NCBI GenBank assembly: GCA_964016885.1 | Contig: OZ024747.1 | Location: 79,112,001-79,176,000 of the forward strand | Length of the DNA: 64,000 bases | DNA from: Eledone cirrhosa | Taxonomy: Eukaryota | Direction: 5' to 3' | In this document: one piece after another, positions 27,246 through 40,846 of the stretch | Position numbering within the stretch: the first letter of the stretch is position 1 | Layout of the letters: each line of letters opens with the position of its first letter | Notes under the pieces: generated by a model | The model's input: the letters and a program-made list of their open reading frames with translations, nothing else | Databases searched by the model: none | Told to the model about the DNA's origin: nothing | Translations under genes and position numbers: made by a program

Positions 27246-29433
27246 TTAAGTTCGGATACACGCATCATACAGTCTGCCTTTCATTCTGAGGGAGAAGCCT
27301 TTTGCAGCTAGCAGTGGTGGTAGTTCCATAAACTTCTTCCATCCCGTTCTTACCCTAGTTATTGTACTTTCTGAACACCCACCTCCGCTGCTAATTCGGT
27401 CACCTGGGTAGCAGAAGCTGTCTACTGTTTCTACAGAGCCCTCCCAGAGATTGGTGGTACTTGTTTCCTGTGGCTTTTGCTGCTTGCTGTCCCAGCACAG
27501 CTGCTGCATGTGAAGCCTACATTCTTAATTAAGCTTCCTGAGATCCCGCTACATCTCTTGTGTACCCATTGTTTGCATTTGGGGCAGAGAATGGAGTTCC
27601 TACCTACACCTTTCCTACATACTGAGCAAGGCCATTTCCCTGAGGGGATCTGGGTTCTGTTTTCTCGTCTACTTACAAGGACCTTAGTCTTTGTCATGTT
27701 GACTTTGAGACCCTTTCTTTCTAGTCCCTGCTTCCAAGTTTGGAATTTATTCTCTAGTTCTACCATAGATTCAGCTATAAGCGCGAGGTCATCAGCATAC
27801 AGGAGTTCCCATGGGCATCCGGTCTTAAACTCCTCCGTTATTGCCTGCAGGACTATGATAAACAGGAGGGGGCTAAGAACAGAGCCCTGGTGGACCCCAA
27901 CCTGTACGCTAAATTCCTTGCTATACTCATTGCTAATCCTAACTTTGCTGACTGCTCCCCTATACATGGTTTGTACCGCTTTCACAAGCCATTCATCTAC
28001 TCCTAGTTTTCTAAAAGCCCACCAGATTACAGCACGTGGAACTCTGTCAAAGGCTTTCTCAAGGTCGACAAATGCCAAGTAGAGTGGCTTACTTTTAGCT
28101 AGGTACTTTTCCTGTAACTGCCTCACAAGGAAGAGGGCATCAGTGGTGCCTCTTCCTGGTACAAACCCAAATTGCATCTCGTCTTGTTTCACCCGGTCCT
28201 TAATCAACTGTGCTATAACTCTTTCTGTTACTTTCATGGCCTGGTCCATCAACTTTATACCTCTATAGTTTCCTCTATCTAGTGCATCACCTTTACCTTT
28301 GTAGCAGTTGACAATGATGCTACTGCACCAATCTTTTGGTATGACACCTTCTAGTATTACCTGGTTAACAATACGTGTGGTTATAGTGTGACCTACAGAC
28401 CCAGATGCCTTCAGCATCTCGGCAGCTATACCCGATGGACCGGTTGCCTTCCCCATCTTCATATCTTTGATTGCCTTACTTACTACGTTGCTGCTGACTT
28501 GTACTGCTGGCCCCTCTATAGGGTCTACTTGGGGTAGGGTCTCTTCTTCCCATGCATTCTCCACATTTAGTAATCTATCATAATGACTCTTCCATGCATC
28601 TTTCTTCTCAGCACTTGTGAGGGCAAGCTCACCTTTATCATTCCGGATACACATCTCTCCAATGACATCACACTTCTTTCTGACACACTGTTTCGCAATC
28701 TTGAACACCTCCTGTTTCTGGTCCTCACGTTGCAAAACATGCTTGAATTTTCTATCCTCTGCTTCCCTCCTAGCTAAGTATACTTGTCGCCTAGCTTCCC
28801 TCTTGGTCTCTATGTAATGTACCCTGCTTCCCTCGTTCTTCCATTCTTTCCATGCCTGTCTCTTGGCCTTAACTGCCTCATCTACCTTATTGTTCCACCA
28901 CCAAGTCACTCTCCTCCTGCTTGAGGTCTTACTCCAGCCACAGACCTCATCCGTCGCCTCCAGTAAGTTATTTTTTAGGAACTCCCAGTTCTCTTCTATA
29001 TTGAATGTCTCTATCTGTTCTTCTTTACTGTCGTAGGCGTTGAGTAAAATATCTTTAAATCTGTTACTGGTTGAGGGGTCTTTCAGCTTCCAGATCTTTT
29101 TTCTCCAGGTTGGCCTCTGTTTCCAGGTTCGTCTAGTTCTGACTGTGAGGTCGCTGACAACTAAGCTATGTTGGCATGTACATTCCTCAATAGGGAAGGC
29201 TTTTGTGTTTACGACCGTCCATCTGTCACATCCTCTGATAAGGATAAAATCTATCTGACTAGAGTGCTCCCCTGATCTATAGGTGATCAGGTGGTTGTCG
29301 GGTTTTTTAAAGTTTGTGTTACACATCGACATGTCATTGGCGTCGCAGAATTCTAGAGGTTTGAATCCTTCCTCATTTCTTGTGCCAACCGCATGGCCTC
29401 CATGTAGTCTATTGAAGCCGTCGCAGTGTTTAC
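27246..29433 (-). mobile_element. RTE-clade LINE fragment truncated at both ends, one frameshift near 27450-27500
   Basis: ORF 27431-29332 (APE C-terminus, RT, PHD) continues in a second frame, 27246-27509 (VDSFCYPGD...LYDACIRT). No tail. Confidence 0.93.
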
Positions 29434-29831
29434 CTAAGATATATATATATACCTACACACACATATACATACACATACGTATGCATACATACATACAAAC
29501 ACACACGCACATATATAATTATATATATATATGAGAAAGAACATAAATATTATACATATAAAAAAGCCTAAATATTGTATATATAAAAAAAAATATAAAA
29601 ATGAAAATAAAAAGTTGGGAATACGACAAATAATAAATAAAAATATATAGTTAGAAAAGGGTATAAATGTTTATAGCAGATTTAGAGCACTCAACAATGT
29701 CCTGGGGCAAAAGATCAATGAAAATAAGCATATATATATACATATATATATACATATATATATATACATATATATATACACATATATACCTATATATATA
29801 TACATATATATATACATATATGTATATATAT

Positions 29832-30835
29832 ATATTGTTATACTTTGGGAGGGTCATGTTGCCAATAAGAAACACACGCACCAGTTGCTTTCACTTCAAT
29901 TTAATTTAATATATATTTATAAATTTACAAATTTATAAATTTCTGGTTGGTTGGTTGGTTCCACAACCAGATAGTTGTTTATATATATATAGTCATAGTT
30001 CTTTCGTCACACACTCTGTGACCTCTTCAGTGACTGGGGATTTCTTTCTTCGTTTCTGTGCCTTTCCTTTCTTCTATCCTACGCCATTTTGTTTGTGTGT
30101 GGGTTGCGTGCTCAGTTTGCGCATGCGCCACATCCGGGTGTCTGTGTGTGTTTGTGTTCATTTTTCTATTTTTCTATTTATATTTGTTTGTTTATTTATT
30201 TATTTATTGTTGGTTGGTTGTTTGTTCTATGTGTGTGTGTGTTTTCATTTTGTCTTGTGTGTGTTTTCATTTTGTGTGTGTTTTCAATTGTAAGTTGTTT
30301 ATATATGTGTGTGTGTGTTTTCATTTTGTCCTTAATTGTAAGTTGTGATGTTGCTGTTCCACTCATATTTTCTATTTAATTTTGGTTTTAATTCTTTTAT
30401 GCTTACTGCCTCTGTAATTTGCCTAAACATTGCGTCTTTCTTGTGTGTGGATTCTATTTTTATTTCTATGCTCTCTAATTTACCCCTGTGTTCTATCTTA
30501 GCATGTTGGTAGAGCACAGATGATTCTTTACTATCTTGGAGGTCTCGCCAGTGTTCATTTATTCGTTCCCCTATACTACGAGCTGTCTCACCTATGTACA
30601 CTATATTTTTGTTTCTACATTGTCCCTCAGTACATCTTATGCTATATACTACATTTCTAGTTTTACAGTTAATATGGGGGCTTATTTTACAGGTTATACA
30701 TTTCTTATCTATACATGAGGGTCTTTGGAACGGGTATGTCTTGCTAATAAGTGTTTTTACGGAGGTACCAGGTCTTTCTACTATCTTAATATTGAGATTA
30801 TGTTTCTTTAGGGCCCTTCTAAATTTGTAGGCTAG
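29832..30835 (-). mobile_element. Inverted duplicate of the Penelope-like fragment (left arm of a 2-kb palindrome)
   Basis: Reverse complement of 30857-31860; mirrored ORF pairs have identical translations and coordinates summing to 61692. Confidence 0.92.
29991..30035 (-). ncRNA. Mirror copy of the Penelope hammerhead
   Basis: Exact reverse complement of 31657-31701. Confidence 0.85.
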
Positions 30836-30836
30836 T

Positions 30837-31915
30837 TCACCTCTAGGGGTGCAAATCTAGCCTACAAATTTAGAAGGGCCCTAAAGAAACATAATCTCAA
30901 TATTAAGATAGTAGAAAGACCTGGTACCTCCGTAAAAACACTTATTAGCAAGACATACCCGTTCCAAAGACCCTCATGTATAGATAAGAAATGTATAACC
31001 TGTAAAATAAGCCCCCATATTAACTGTAAAACTAGAAATGTAGTATATAGCATAAGATGTACTGAGGGACAATGTAGAAACAAAAATATAGTGTACATAG
31101 GTGAGACAGCTCGTAGTATAGGGGAACGAATAAATGAACACTGGCGAGACCTCCAAGATAGTAAAGAATCATCTGTGCTCTACCAACATGCTAAGATAGA
31201 ACACAGGGGTAAATTAGAGAGCATAGAAATAAAAATAGAATCCACACACAAGAAAGACGCAATGTTTAGGCAAATTACAGAGGCAGTAAGCATAAAAGAA
31301 TTAAAACCAAAATTAAATAGAAAATATGAGTGGAACAGCAACATCACAACTTACAATTAAGGACAAAATGAAAACACACACACACATATATAAACAACTT
31401 ACAATTGAAAACACACACAAAATGAAAACACACACAAGACAAAATGAAAACACACACACACATAGAACAAACAACCAACCAACAATAAATAAATAAATAA
31501 ACAAACAAATATAAATAGAAAAATAGAAAAATGAACACAAACACACACAGACACCCGGATGTGGCGCATGCGCAAACTGAGCACGCAACCCACACACAAA
31601 CAAAATGGCGTAGGATAGAAGAAAGGAAAGGCACAGAAACGAAGAAAGAAATCCCCAGTCACTGAAGAGGTCACAGAGTGTGTGACGAAAGAACTATGAC
31701 TATATATATATAAACAACTATCTGGTTGTGGAACCAACCAACCAACCAGAAATTTATAAATTTGTAAATTTATAAATATATATTAAATTAAATTGAAGTG
31801 AAAGCAACTGGTGCGTGTGTTTCTTATTGGCAACATGACCCTCCCAAAGTATAACAATATCGGTTTCAACACACGATTTCAGATAAAGAATCTTGCTAAA
31901 CAAATTCAGAAACGA
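30837..31915 (+). mobile_element. Penelope-like element 3' fragment: Cys-rich linker, GIY-YIG endonuclease, pseudo-LTR with hammerhead
   Basis: Frame from 30857 reads LAYKFRRAL...CIDKKCITC...NCKTRNVVYSIRC...YIGETARSIGERINEH...RQITEA...PKLN to the stop at 31360. VVY/YIG, Arg, Glu and Asn GIY-YIG motifs are present; the Cys linker is Neptune-like. Confidence 0.88.
31657..31701 (+). ncRNA. Minimal type I hammerhead ribozyme in the Penelope pseudo-LTR
   Basis: AGUCA-CUGAAGA-g-GUCACA gagug UGUGAC-GAAA-gaa-CUA|UGACU. 5-bp stem I, 6-bp stem II, minimal stem III; predicted cleavage after 31696. Confidence 0.85.
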
Positions 31916-32390
31916 TATATATATATATATATACATATATGTATATACATATATATATACATATATGTATATACATATATATATACATATATGTATATAC
32001 ATATATATATACATATATGTATATACATATATATATACATATATGTATATACATATATATATACATATATGTATATACATATATATATATACATATATAC
32101 ATATATATATATACATATATGTATATACATATATATATATACATATATACATATATATATATATACATATATACATATATATATATATACATATATACAT
32201 ATACATATATATATATATATATATACATATATATACATATACATATATACACATATACATATATACACATATATATACACACATATATATACATATATAA
32301 ACACATATATACACATATACACATATATATATATGCATATATATATATATATATATATATGCATATATATATATATACATATATACATAT

Positions 32391-32421
<31 letters not shown>

Positions 32422-32620
32422 TACATATATAAACACATATACACATATATATATATATGCATATATATATATATATATATATGCATATATATATATATAT
32501 ATACATATATATATACATATATACATATATATATACATATATATATACATATATACATACATATATACATATATATATACATATACCTACATATATATAC
32601 ATATACCTACATATATATAC

Positions 32621-32668
<48 letters not shown>

Positions 32669-32848
32669 ATGTATATACATATATATATATATATACATAT
32701 ATATACATATATATACATATATATATATATACATATATATACATATATATATATATATACATATATATACATATACATACATATATATATATATACATAT
32801 ACATACATATATATATATATACATATATATACATATATATATATATAC

Positions 32849-32889
<41 letters not shown>

Positions 32890-33320
32890 TATACATATAT
32901 ATATATGTATATATATATGTATATGTATATGTATATATGTATATGTATATATATGTATATATATGTATGTATATATATGTATATATATGTATATATATAT
33001 ATGTATATATATATATATGTATATATATATATGTATACATATATATACATATATATATATACATATATATACATATACATATATATACATATACATATAT
33101 ATACATATACATATATATACATATATATATACATATACATACATATATATACATATACATATATATGCATATACATATATATGCATATACATATATATAC
33201 ATATATATATACACATATATATATATATACATATATATATATACATATACATATATATATATACATATATATATACATATACATATATATACATATACAT
33301 ATATATATATATACATATAC

Positions 33321-33351
<31 letters not shown>

Positions 33352-33624
33352 CATATACATATATATATATATACACATATATATATACATATATATATAT
33401 ACATATATATATATACATATATATATATACATATATATATACATATATATACATATATATATACATATATATACATATATATATACATATATATATATAC
33501 ATATATATATACACATATATATATACACATATATATATACACATATATATATACACATATATATATACACATACATATATATATATACACATATATATAC
33601 ACACATATATACACACATATATAC

Positions 33625-33664
<40 letters not shown>

Positions 33665-33900
33665 ATATATGTGTATATATATATATGTGTATATATATAT
33701 GTGTATATATATATATGTGTGTGTATATATATATATGTATATATATATATGTATATATATACATGTATATATATATATGTGTATATACATGTGTATATAT
33801 ATATGTGTATATATATATGTGTATATATATATATATATATGTGTATATGTATATATATATGTGTATATATATATATGTGTGTATATGTATATATGTATAT
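31916..33900. repeat. ~2-kb compound (TA)n/(TACA)n microsatellite with strand-polarity switches
   Basis: Directly visible. Similar tracts at 29729-29831, 36738-37077 and 38738-39207. Confidence 0.95.
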
Positions 33901-36709
33901 ATCATCATCATCATCATCATCATTTTACGTCCGCTTTTCCCTGCTTGCAAGGGTGGGACGGGTCTTATTCAGCACAGCATCTCTCCACTCGTCACGGTCC
34001 CTCGTCATCTCCACCGTGAGCTTCAATGATCTGAGGTCTGTTCTCACCACCTCCGCCCATGTTTTTCGTGGTCTACCTCTACCACGTCTTCCGTCAACTG
34101 GCATTTCCTGGCACTTCTTCACCCATCGGTCATCCTCCATGCGCATCACATGTCCATACCACCTCAGTCTCCTCTCCCGTACACTACATTCTATCCCTCT
34201 CAGACACAGTTTCTCTCTCAACACATTTATGCTGGGTCGTTCACGCACATTTACACTGCACATCCAACGGAGCATGCTTGCCTCATTTCTCTCCAGCCGT
34301 CGCATATCTTCTGCGGTAGCTGCCCATGTCTCACTACCATGCAGCATCGCGCTCCTCACACAGGCATCATACAACCGGCCTTTCGTACGCAGGGAGAAAC
34401 CCTTCTTCGTCAACAGAGGAAGCAGCTCCCTAAACTTCTTCCAACCCGTCCTTATTCTAGATACTATGGCCTCGGAACACCCTCCTCCCATGCTAATCTG
34501 ATCTCCTAGGTACCGGAAGCTATCCACCACTTCTATAGCGCCCGCTCGCATTTGAAAAATGTGTCTATCAGTGCGACTTCTACTGTCTAATTTCCCTGTA
34601 CATCTACTGCATACATATTTCTCCCTACCTGTTAGTTTGCCTGCTATCCCGCTACATCTCTTGTGTACCCAGGACCTACATTGTGTGCATTTTATAGAAT
34701 TTATGCCAGTTCCTTTTCTGCATATCGAACATGGCCATTTCCCTGACGGAATCAGGGTTTTGTCCTCTTTTCTACTCATCAACACTTTTGTCTTAGCTAG
34801 ATTTACTCTCAGTCCTCTTGCTTCCAACTGCTGTTTCCATAGCCGGAATTTATTCTCTAGCTCCTCTACTGATTCTGCCATAAGAGCCAGATCGTCAGCA
34901 TAGAGAAGTTCCCATGGACAGCCAGTCTTAAACTCCTCTGTTATGGCTTGGAGGACTATAATGAACAAGAGCGGGCTGAGGACCGAACCCTGATGTACTC
35001 CTACTTGTATCTGGAATTCCTCACTAAACTCCATTCCTACCCTGACTTTACTGAGAGTACCTCTGTACAAAGTTTGCACTGTCCTTACAAGCCATTCCTC
35101 AACACCCAGCTTCCTTAGGGACCACCAGATGACAGATCGGGGTACCCTATCAAAGGCCTTCTCTAGGTCAACAAAGGCTAAGTATAGTGGCTTATTCTTC
35201 TCTAAGAACCTCTCTTGCATTTGTCTCACCAAGAAGAGGGCATCTGTTGTACTCTTCCCAGGCACAAAACCAAACTGCATCTCATCTAGTTTGACCCTTT
35301 CTCTAATTAGTTGTGCTAGAATCCTTTCTGCCACTTTCATAACCTGATCTATCAGTTTTATACCCCTATAATTGCTCCTCTCCAAAGCATCCCCTTTACC
35401 TTTGTAGCAATTTATGAGAATACTGCTGCACCAGTCTTTGGGTATGACACCACCATATATAGCCTGATTGATTATGCGTGCAACCAGTTTAGTGCCTACG
35501 TCCCCTGATGCCTTCAGCATCTCAGCAACTATTCCCGATGGTCCGGCCGCCTTACCATTTTTCATTTCCCTAATCGCCTCTTGGACCCTATATTCGTCAA
35601 TCTCAATAGCTGGTCCCTCTGTCGGATCTACCAAGGGTAATTTCTCTCTCTCCCATTCGTTCTCCACATTCATCAGTCTCTCATAATGACATTTCCAGGC
35701 CTCCTTTTTCTGGTCATTCGTGACACTAAGTACACCGGCATCATCCCGGACACATTTATCACCAACAACATCCTGATTTGCATTGACACACTGCCTTGCA
35801 ATGTGGAACACCGCACGCCTCTGATCTTCCCGTCGCAGAACATTGGCAAACCTCCTACTCTCTGCCTCCCTGCGTGCTAAGTACACCTGACGTCTAGCTT
35901 CTCTCTTAGTGGCTGTATATTCTTCCCTACTCCCACCCTTATTCCAAGCCTTCCATGCTAGTCTTTTGTCTCTAATAGCCTTATCTACACTGCTGTTCCA
36001 CCACCAGGTCACTCTCTGTCTGGTTGGAGCTCTGCTCCAGCCACAGGTTTCATCAGTAGCCTTCAGCAAGTTGTCACGTAAGAACTTCCAGTTATTATCT
36101 ATGTCATACGTCTCTAAATCGTCTTCTTTTTCGTCATATACATCTTGAAGGGCTTTCCTAAATTTGAATTTTAGTGAAAGGTCTTTTAGCTTCCAGACCT
36201 TTCTTCTCCACACCTTCCTATATGTCTCATTCCATCTCTTGCTTACTGAGATATCACTAACAACTAACCTATGCTGTGGGGTACATTCTTCCCCAGGGTA
36301 TGCCTTGGTATTAGACACTATCTGCCTGTCCCGCTGCCTAACTAGCAGGAAGTCAATCTGGCTTATGTGCTCACCAGATTTGTAGGTTATTAGGTGATTG
36401 GCAGGTTTCTGGAAGTTTGTGTTGCAAATAGTCAATGTACTTGCATCATAAAATTCAAGAAGTCTCACTCCTTCTTCATTTCTTGAACCGTAACCGTGCC
36501 CACCATGTACCCCAGTGTAACCATCCTGGAGCTGTCCAACATGACCATTGAAGTCTCCTGCTAGCATAACGATGTCTCCGTCCTCTGTCATTGTGGTTGT
36601 TTGCAAAAGTTGCTCATAAAAGCAGTCTTTCTCATCTTTGCCTAGGCCTGCTTGGGGAGCATAGACCGAGATGATTGTCAGTAGTCTCCTACCTACAACT
36701 AATCTAAGC
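33901..36709 (-). mobile_element. RTE-clade LINE, 5'-truncated, intact 3' end with (GAT)n tail
   Basis: ORF 33925-36606 (893 aa) has partial APE and complete RT with YADD. The frame extends to ~36709 (ISVYAPQAG). The stop abuts the (GAT)n tail at 33901-33923. Confidence 0.95.
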
Positions 36710-36759
36710 TTAATTATTCGATATAATTAAGTATAATATAATATATGTATATATATATG

Positions 36760-36842
<83 letters not shown>

Positions 36843-36843
36843 G

Positions 36844-36892
<49 letters not shown>

Positions 36893-36893
36893 G

Positions 36894-36944
<51 letters not shown>

Positions 36945-37077
36945 GTGTATATATATATGTATATATATATATATACATGTATATATATATATGTGTATAT
37001 ACATGTGTATATATATATGTGTATATACATGTGTATATATATATGTGTATATATATATGTATATATATACACATATA

Positions 37078-38737
37078 TAACTTTGAATAACTTTGAAATG
37101 TTTTGGCCAGTATTGGCCCAGGCCATGTCTAACTTAATAGCACCACCTGGCGAAGTCTTTCAATTCAGGATTTGGGCACCATGGCCCATTCGAGAAGAGA
37201 ATTACTGTTTGCGGAGACATATCCGGGTGTGGGTGGTTTGTCCGGGATTACTTGGAGGAATTTGTCCAAAGACTTCTTGAATCTTGTGTGGTCAGTTTCT
37301 GTTTTGACGTGTCCTGGTGTGATGTTGAAGAGAGCAGGGCCGATTGAGGTGAAATAATTGTGCCGTATTGTTGTTATGAGTTGCGATTTAGATTTTTGAA
37401 TGGGACGGATAGCACGGGGCCCAAGCCTTGGGTGTATCTTGAAGGCGATGCCAACATCATTTGGGCAGTGATGATGGAACATTTTCCACATCATGCAGAT
37501 AATATAACGCTCACGGCGACGTTGGAGTGAGTAAAGTTTCAGGTTTTCCAATCGACCCCAGTAGTCAAGGTCTGACATGCCATCTATCTTTTTCGTGATT
37601 GCCCTTTGAGGAGCTTCAAGTTTCATGATACTTTGTTTCGTGTGGGGAGACCACAGTGGACAACAGTATTCAAGGTGTGGTCGGGCGAAAGTAGAGAAGA
37701 GAAGGATAATGGTGCGGGAATCTCTCGACTGGAAGGTTCTGAGGATCCAGGAACACATTCTGCGGGCCATGTCAACTTTGCTGCTTATATGCGTGGTCCA
37801 GCTTATGTTGCTGTCCACGGTTACTCCCAAGTCTCTGATGTTGTTAGATGCCACGAGAGTTTCCCCGGAGGGAAGGGAGTACGGGAGTTTCAGAGCATCC
37901 TCTTTTCCAAAGTGGATCAGTTCGAATTTGTCCTCGTTCAGTAACATGTTGTTCTTTTCTGCCCATTGGGTAACAGCCAGTAGGTCTGACTGAAGGCTTA
38001 TCCGGTCATCCACGCCATTGATGACCTTTTGGAGCTTGGAATCATCAGCGAAAATTTTAATGTTGCTGTGTTTGATGATGTCAGTGATGTCATTAATATA
38101 GATGATGAAGAGAAGTGGGCCCAACACAGTGCCTTGTGGGACTCCACTACTGACTTTGGCTGGGCTTGATTTGACTCCCTCAACTACAACATGTTGGGTT
38201 CTGTTTGACAGGAAGCTCTTGATCCACTGCAGCAGCTTTCCAGTGACACCAATATTGGACAGCTTTCTCAGTAGAATGTTATGATCAACCCTGTCAAAGG
38301 CCTTGCTGAAATCAAGGTAGATAACATCAGTGTTGGAACCCTCTCCCAAGGCTCTCAAAATGTCATCAAAGTGATGCAGTAGTTGCGTCAGGCAATCCCT
38401 TCCATTACGGAATCCATGCTGGTTGGAGTTCAGCATATTGTTACTCTCAAGGAAGTGGGTCATTCGCGATCTCACCACTCGCTCAAATACCTTAATGATA
38501 TGAGAGGTGAGTGAGATTGGACGGTAATTCACGGCAAGGGATTTGTTTCCCTTTTTGAAAACTGGGACAACAGACTGGGATAGAAGGTTTTCTGGCACAT
38601 ATCCAGCATCCAGTGAGTTCCGCCACAGATTGGCAAGAGGAGAAGCAAGTTGGTGTTGACACGCCTTCAAGACACAAGCAGGGAACCTATCGGGACCTAC
38701 TGCTGAATTATGTTTGATTTCCTTTATTGCCGCCAAG
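37078..38737 (-). mobile_element. CR1-group LINE, 5'-truncated RT ORF with short 3' UTR and tail
   Basis: Open frame 37165-38737: [48 protein letters not shown]. Tail (TTCAAAGTTA)x2 near 37078-37098. The N-terminus in the ORF track is microsatellite read-through. Confidence 0.9.
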
Positions 38738-38881
38738 ACATATATATATGTGTATATATATATACATATATATATACATATATATACACATATATATATA
38801 TGTGTATATATATATACATATATATATACACATATATATATACATATACACATATATATATACATATATATATATATACAC

Positions 38882-38932
<51 letters not shown>

Positions 38933-38933
38933 C

Positions 38934-39076
<143 letters not shown>

Positions 39077-39111
39077 TACATATATATATACATATATATA
39101 TACATATATAC

Positions 39112-39146
<35 letters not shown>

Positions 39147-39207
39147 CATATATACATATATATATACATATATACATATATATATACATATATATATATA
39201 TACATAT

Positions 39208-39347
39208 AGGAACAAGTAAGACTCCGACGGCTGAGCTCAAGCCGTTTCGACGGCTAATTCTGTACCTATTACCCACTCTACTACCCTAAGTATTGAGTAC
39301 TTTGGTGCGTTATGGTCCACCTGGTTCCTTACCACATTTCCTTCGTT
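39208..39347 (+). mobile_element. Family X copy with the module inverted relative to the tail
   Basis: gactccgacggctgagctcaagccgtttcgacggcta followed by the attacccactctactaccctaag tail. A decayed copy lies at ~56108-56205. Confidence 0.75.
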
Positions 39348-39419
39348 ATATATACATATATATATATACATACTTATATATATATATTTATATACATATA
39401 TATATATACATATATATAT

Positions 39420-39609
39420 AATTGTTTCTACTTTTAGCACGAGGCCAGCAATTATCCCAGTGCATTACTGGTACTTTATTTTATCGGCCCCGTAAGGATG
39501 AAAGGCAAAGTCAACCTCGGCGGGATTTGAACTCAGATCGTTAAGGGACGTAACTAAGCTGGAAAGCATGGCGTCCGACCCTCTACCGATACTGCCAATC
39601 CACCGCCTT
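39420..39609 (-). mobile_element. Nin-domain SINE, full length
   Basis: Reverse-complement match to 10315-10500; flanked by (TA)n. Confidence 0.85.
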
Positions 39610-39684
39610 ATATATATATATAATTGGTGTGGGATGCTTAAAGTGTACGTATGAGGTAGGCCGTTTGAGCACTCGATGCTCTTA

Positions 39685-39936
39685 CAGAGCAGAGTATAAT
39701 ATCACATAAGAAACGGAAAATCAGTGGTGCGACGAATCAAAATGTATTAGACATATTACAATCGTTTCTCTGTCGAGACGTATCTGAGAATCTTGCGATA
39801 TCAGAGTCAGGTTCGATCATTGAATCGATCGTGTCTCGAACTGGTCGCCAGAGAAACGATTGTAATATGTCTAATAAATTTTAATTCGTCGCACCACTGA
39901 TTCTCCGTTTCTTATGTGATATTATACTCTGCACTG
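39685..39936. mobile_element. Tc1/mariner-like MITE with ~85-bp TIRs
   Basis: TA|cagagcagagtataatatcacataagaaacgg... is inverted against ...ccgtttcttatgtgatattatactctgcactg. Confidence 0.8.
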
Positions 39937-39960
39937 TGTGTATATATATATATATATATA

Positions 39961-40195
39961 CCGGGCCGGCACCAGATTATCTGGTACCCTACGAAAGGGT
40001 AGGTTTAGCACACACACCCAGAAAAATATCAATTTAAAAATTCATAAACAATAAATTTTTTTGTTTTGTTTTTTTTTCAACATTTATTTGTCTCTGTATG
40101 AAATAAACCAGGATAAAAAGACGACCCTCAATAAAACTGAAATTTATTTATTTTCCAAAATTGTTGATTTGGAGAAATGCACCCCCAGAAATCAG

Positions 40196-40231
<36 letters not shown>

Positions 40232-40238
40232 CACCGGC

Positions 40239-40241
<3 letters not shown>
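39961..40241. mobile_element. Unclassified short TIR element in (TA)n
   Basis: GC-rich termini ccgggccggc / caccggcctg around an AT-rich interior. Confidence 0.5.
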
Positions 40242-40284
<43 letters not shown>

Positions 40285-40518
40285 TAAAATAACAGATTAA
40301 AGTTTAAGCAAAGAATCGCTGCTTTCACCCTTAACGGGATCTTCTGAAACTCAGAGTTTCAGAAGATCCCGTTAAGGGTGAAAGCAGCTATTCTTTGCTT
40401 AAACTTTAATCTGTTATTTTAATAAATATTTGCTCTACGGTTCTTATATATTTGATATATATTTTCCTTATCGAGCCCTCTTTGGATTTTAGTCTTCAAT
40501 TTTATTATTATTACTATA

Positions 40519-40802
40519 CAGGGGCCTCGTTTGCCTTGAAAATGTGAGAGGGACAAACCAAGGTTTGTTGATTCTTAAAGGAACATGTTAGTATTACTTA
40601 TGGTGCCTTTCCCGGACCCTATCAATAACTAAAATTTACGCTAATTAAATTTTATATATTCAAATGAAGTTCAGGTATAAAAAAAATAAGCTTAAACAGA
40701 ATTTATTATATGAAGTAAACAAAAAACAAAAGATGGTTTGTCCCCCGTTCCTGAAAAAGTGGGGAGGACTTGTCCCCTGGTACCCTCCTGAAACAAGGCC
40801 CT

Positions 40803-40805
<3 letters not shown>
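40519..40805. mobile_element. Unclassified non-autonomous TIR element in TA context
   Basis: caggggcctcgttt / aaacaaggcccttg termini, with subterminal gggacaaacc / ggtttgtccc. Confidence 0.6.

Positions 40806-40846
<41 letters not shown>

Noticed and set aside
31754-34029. Long Y/I/H/M-rich ORFs of up to ~900 aa (also at 36710-37280, 38708-39289 and 16651-17013)
   Set aside because: Stop-free translations of TA/CA/TG microsatellites, not genes.
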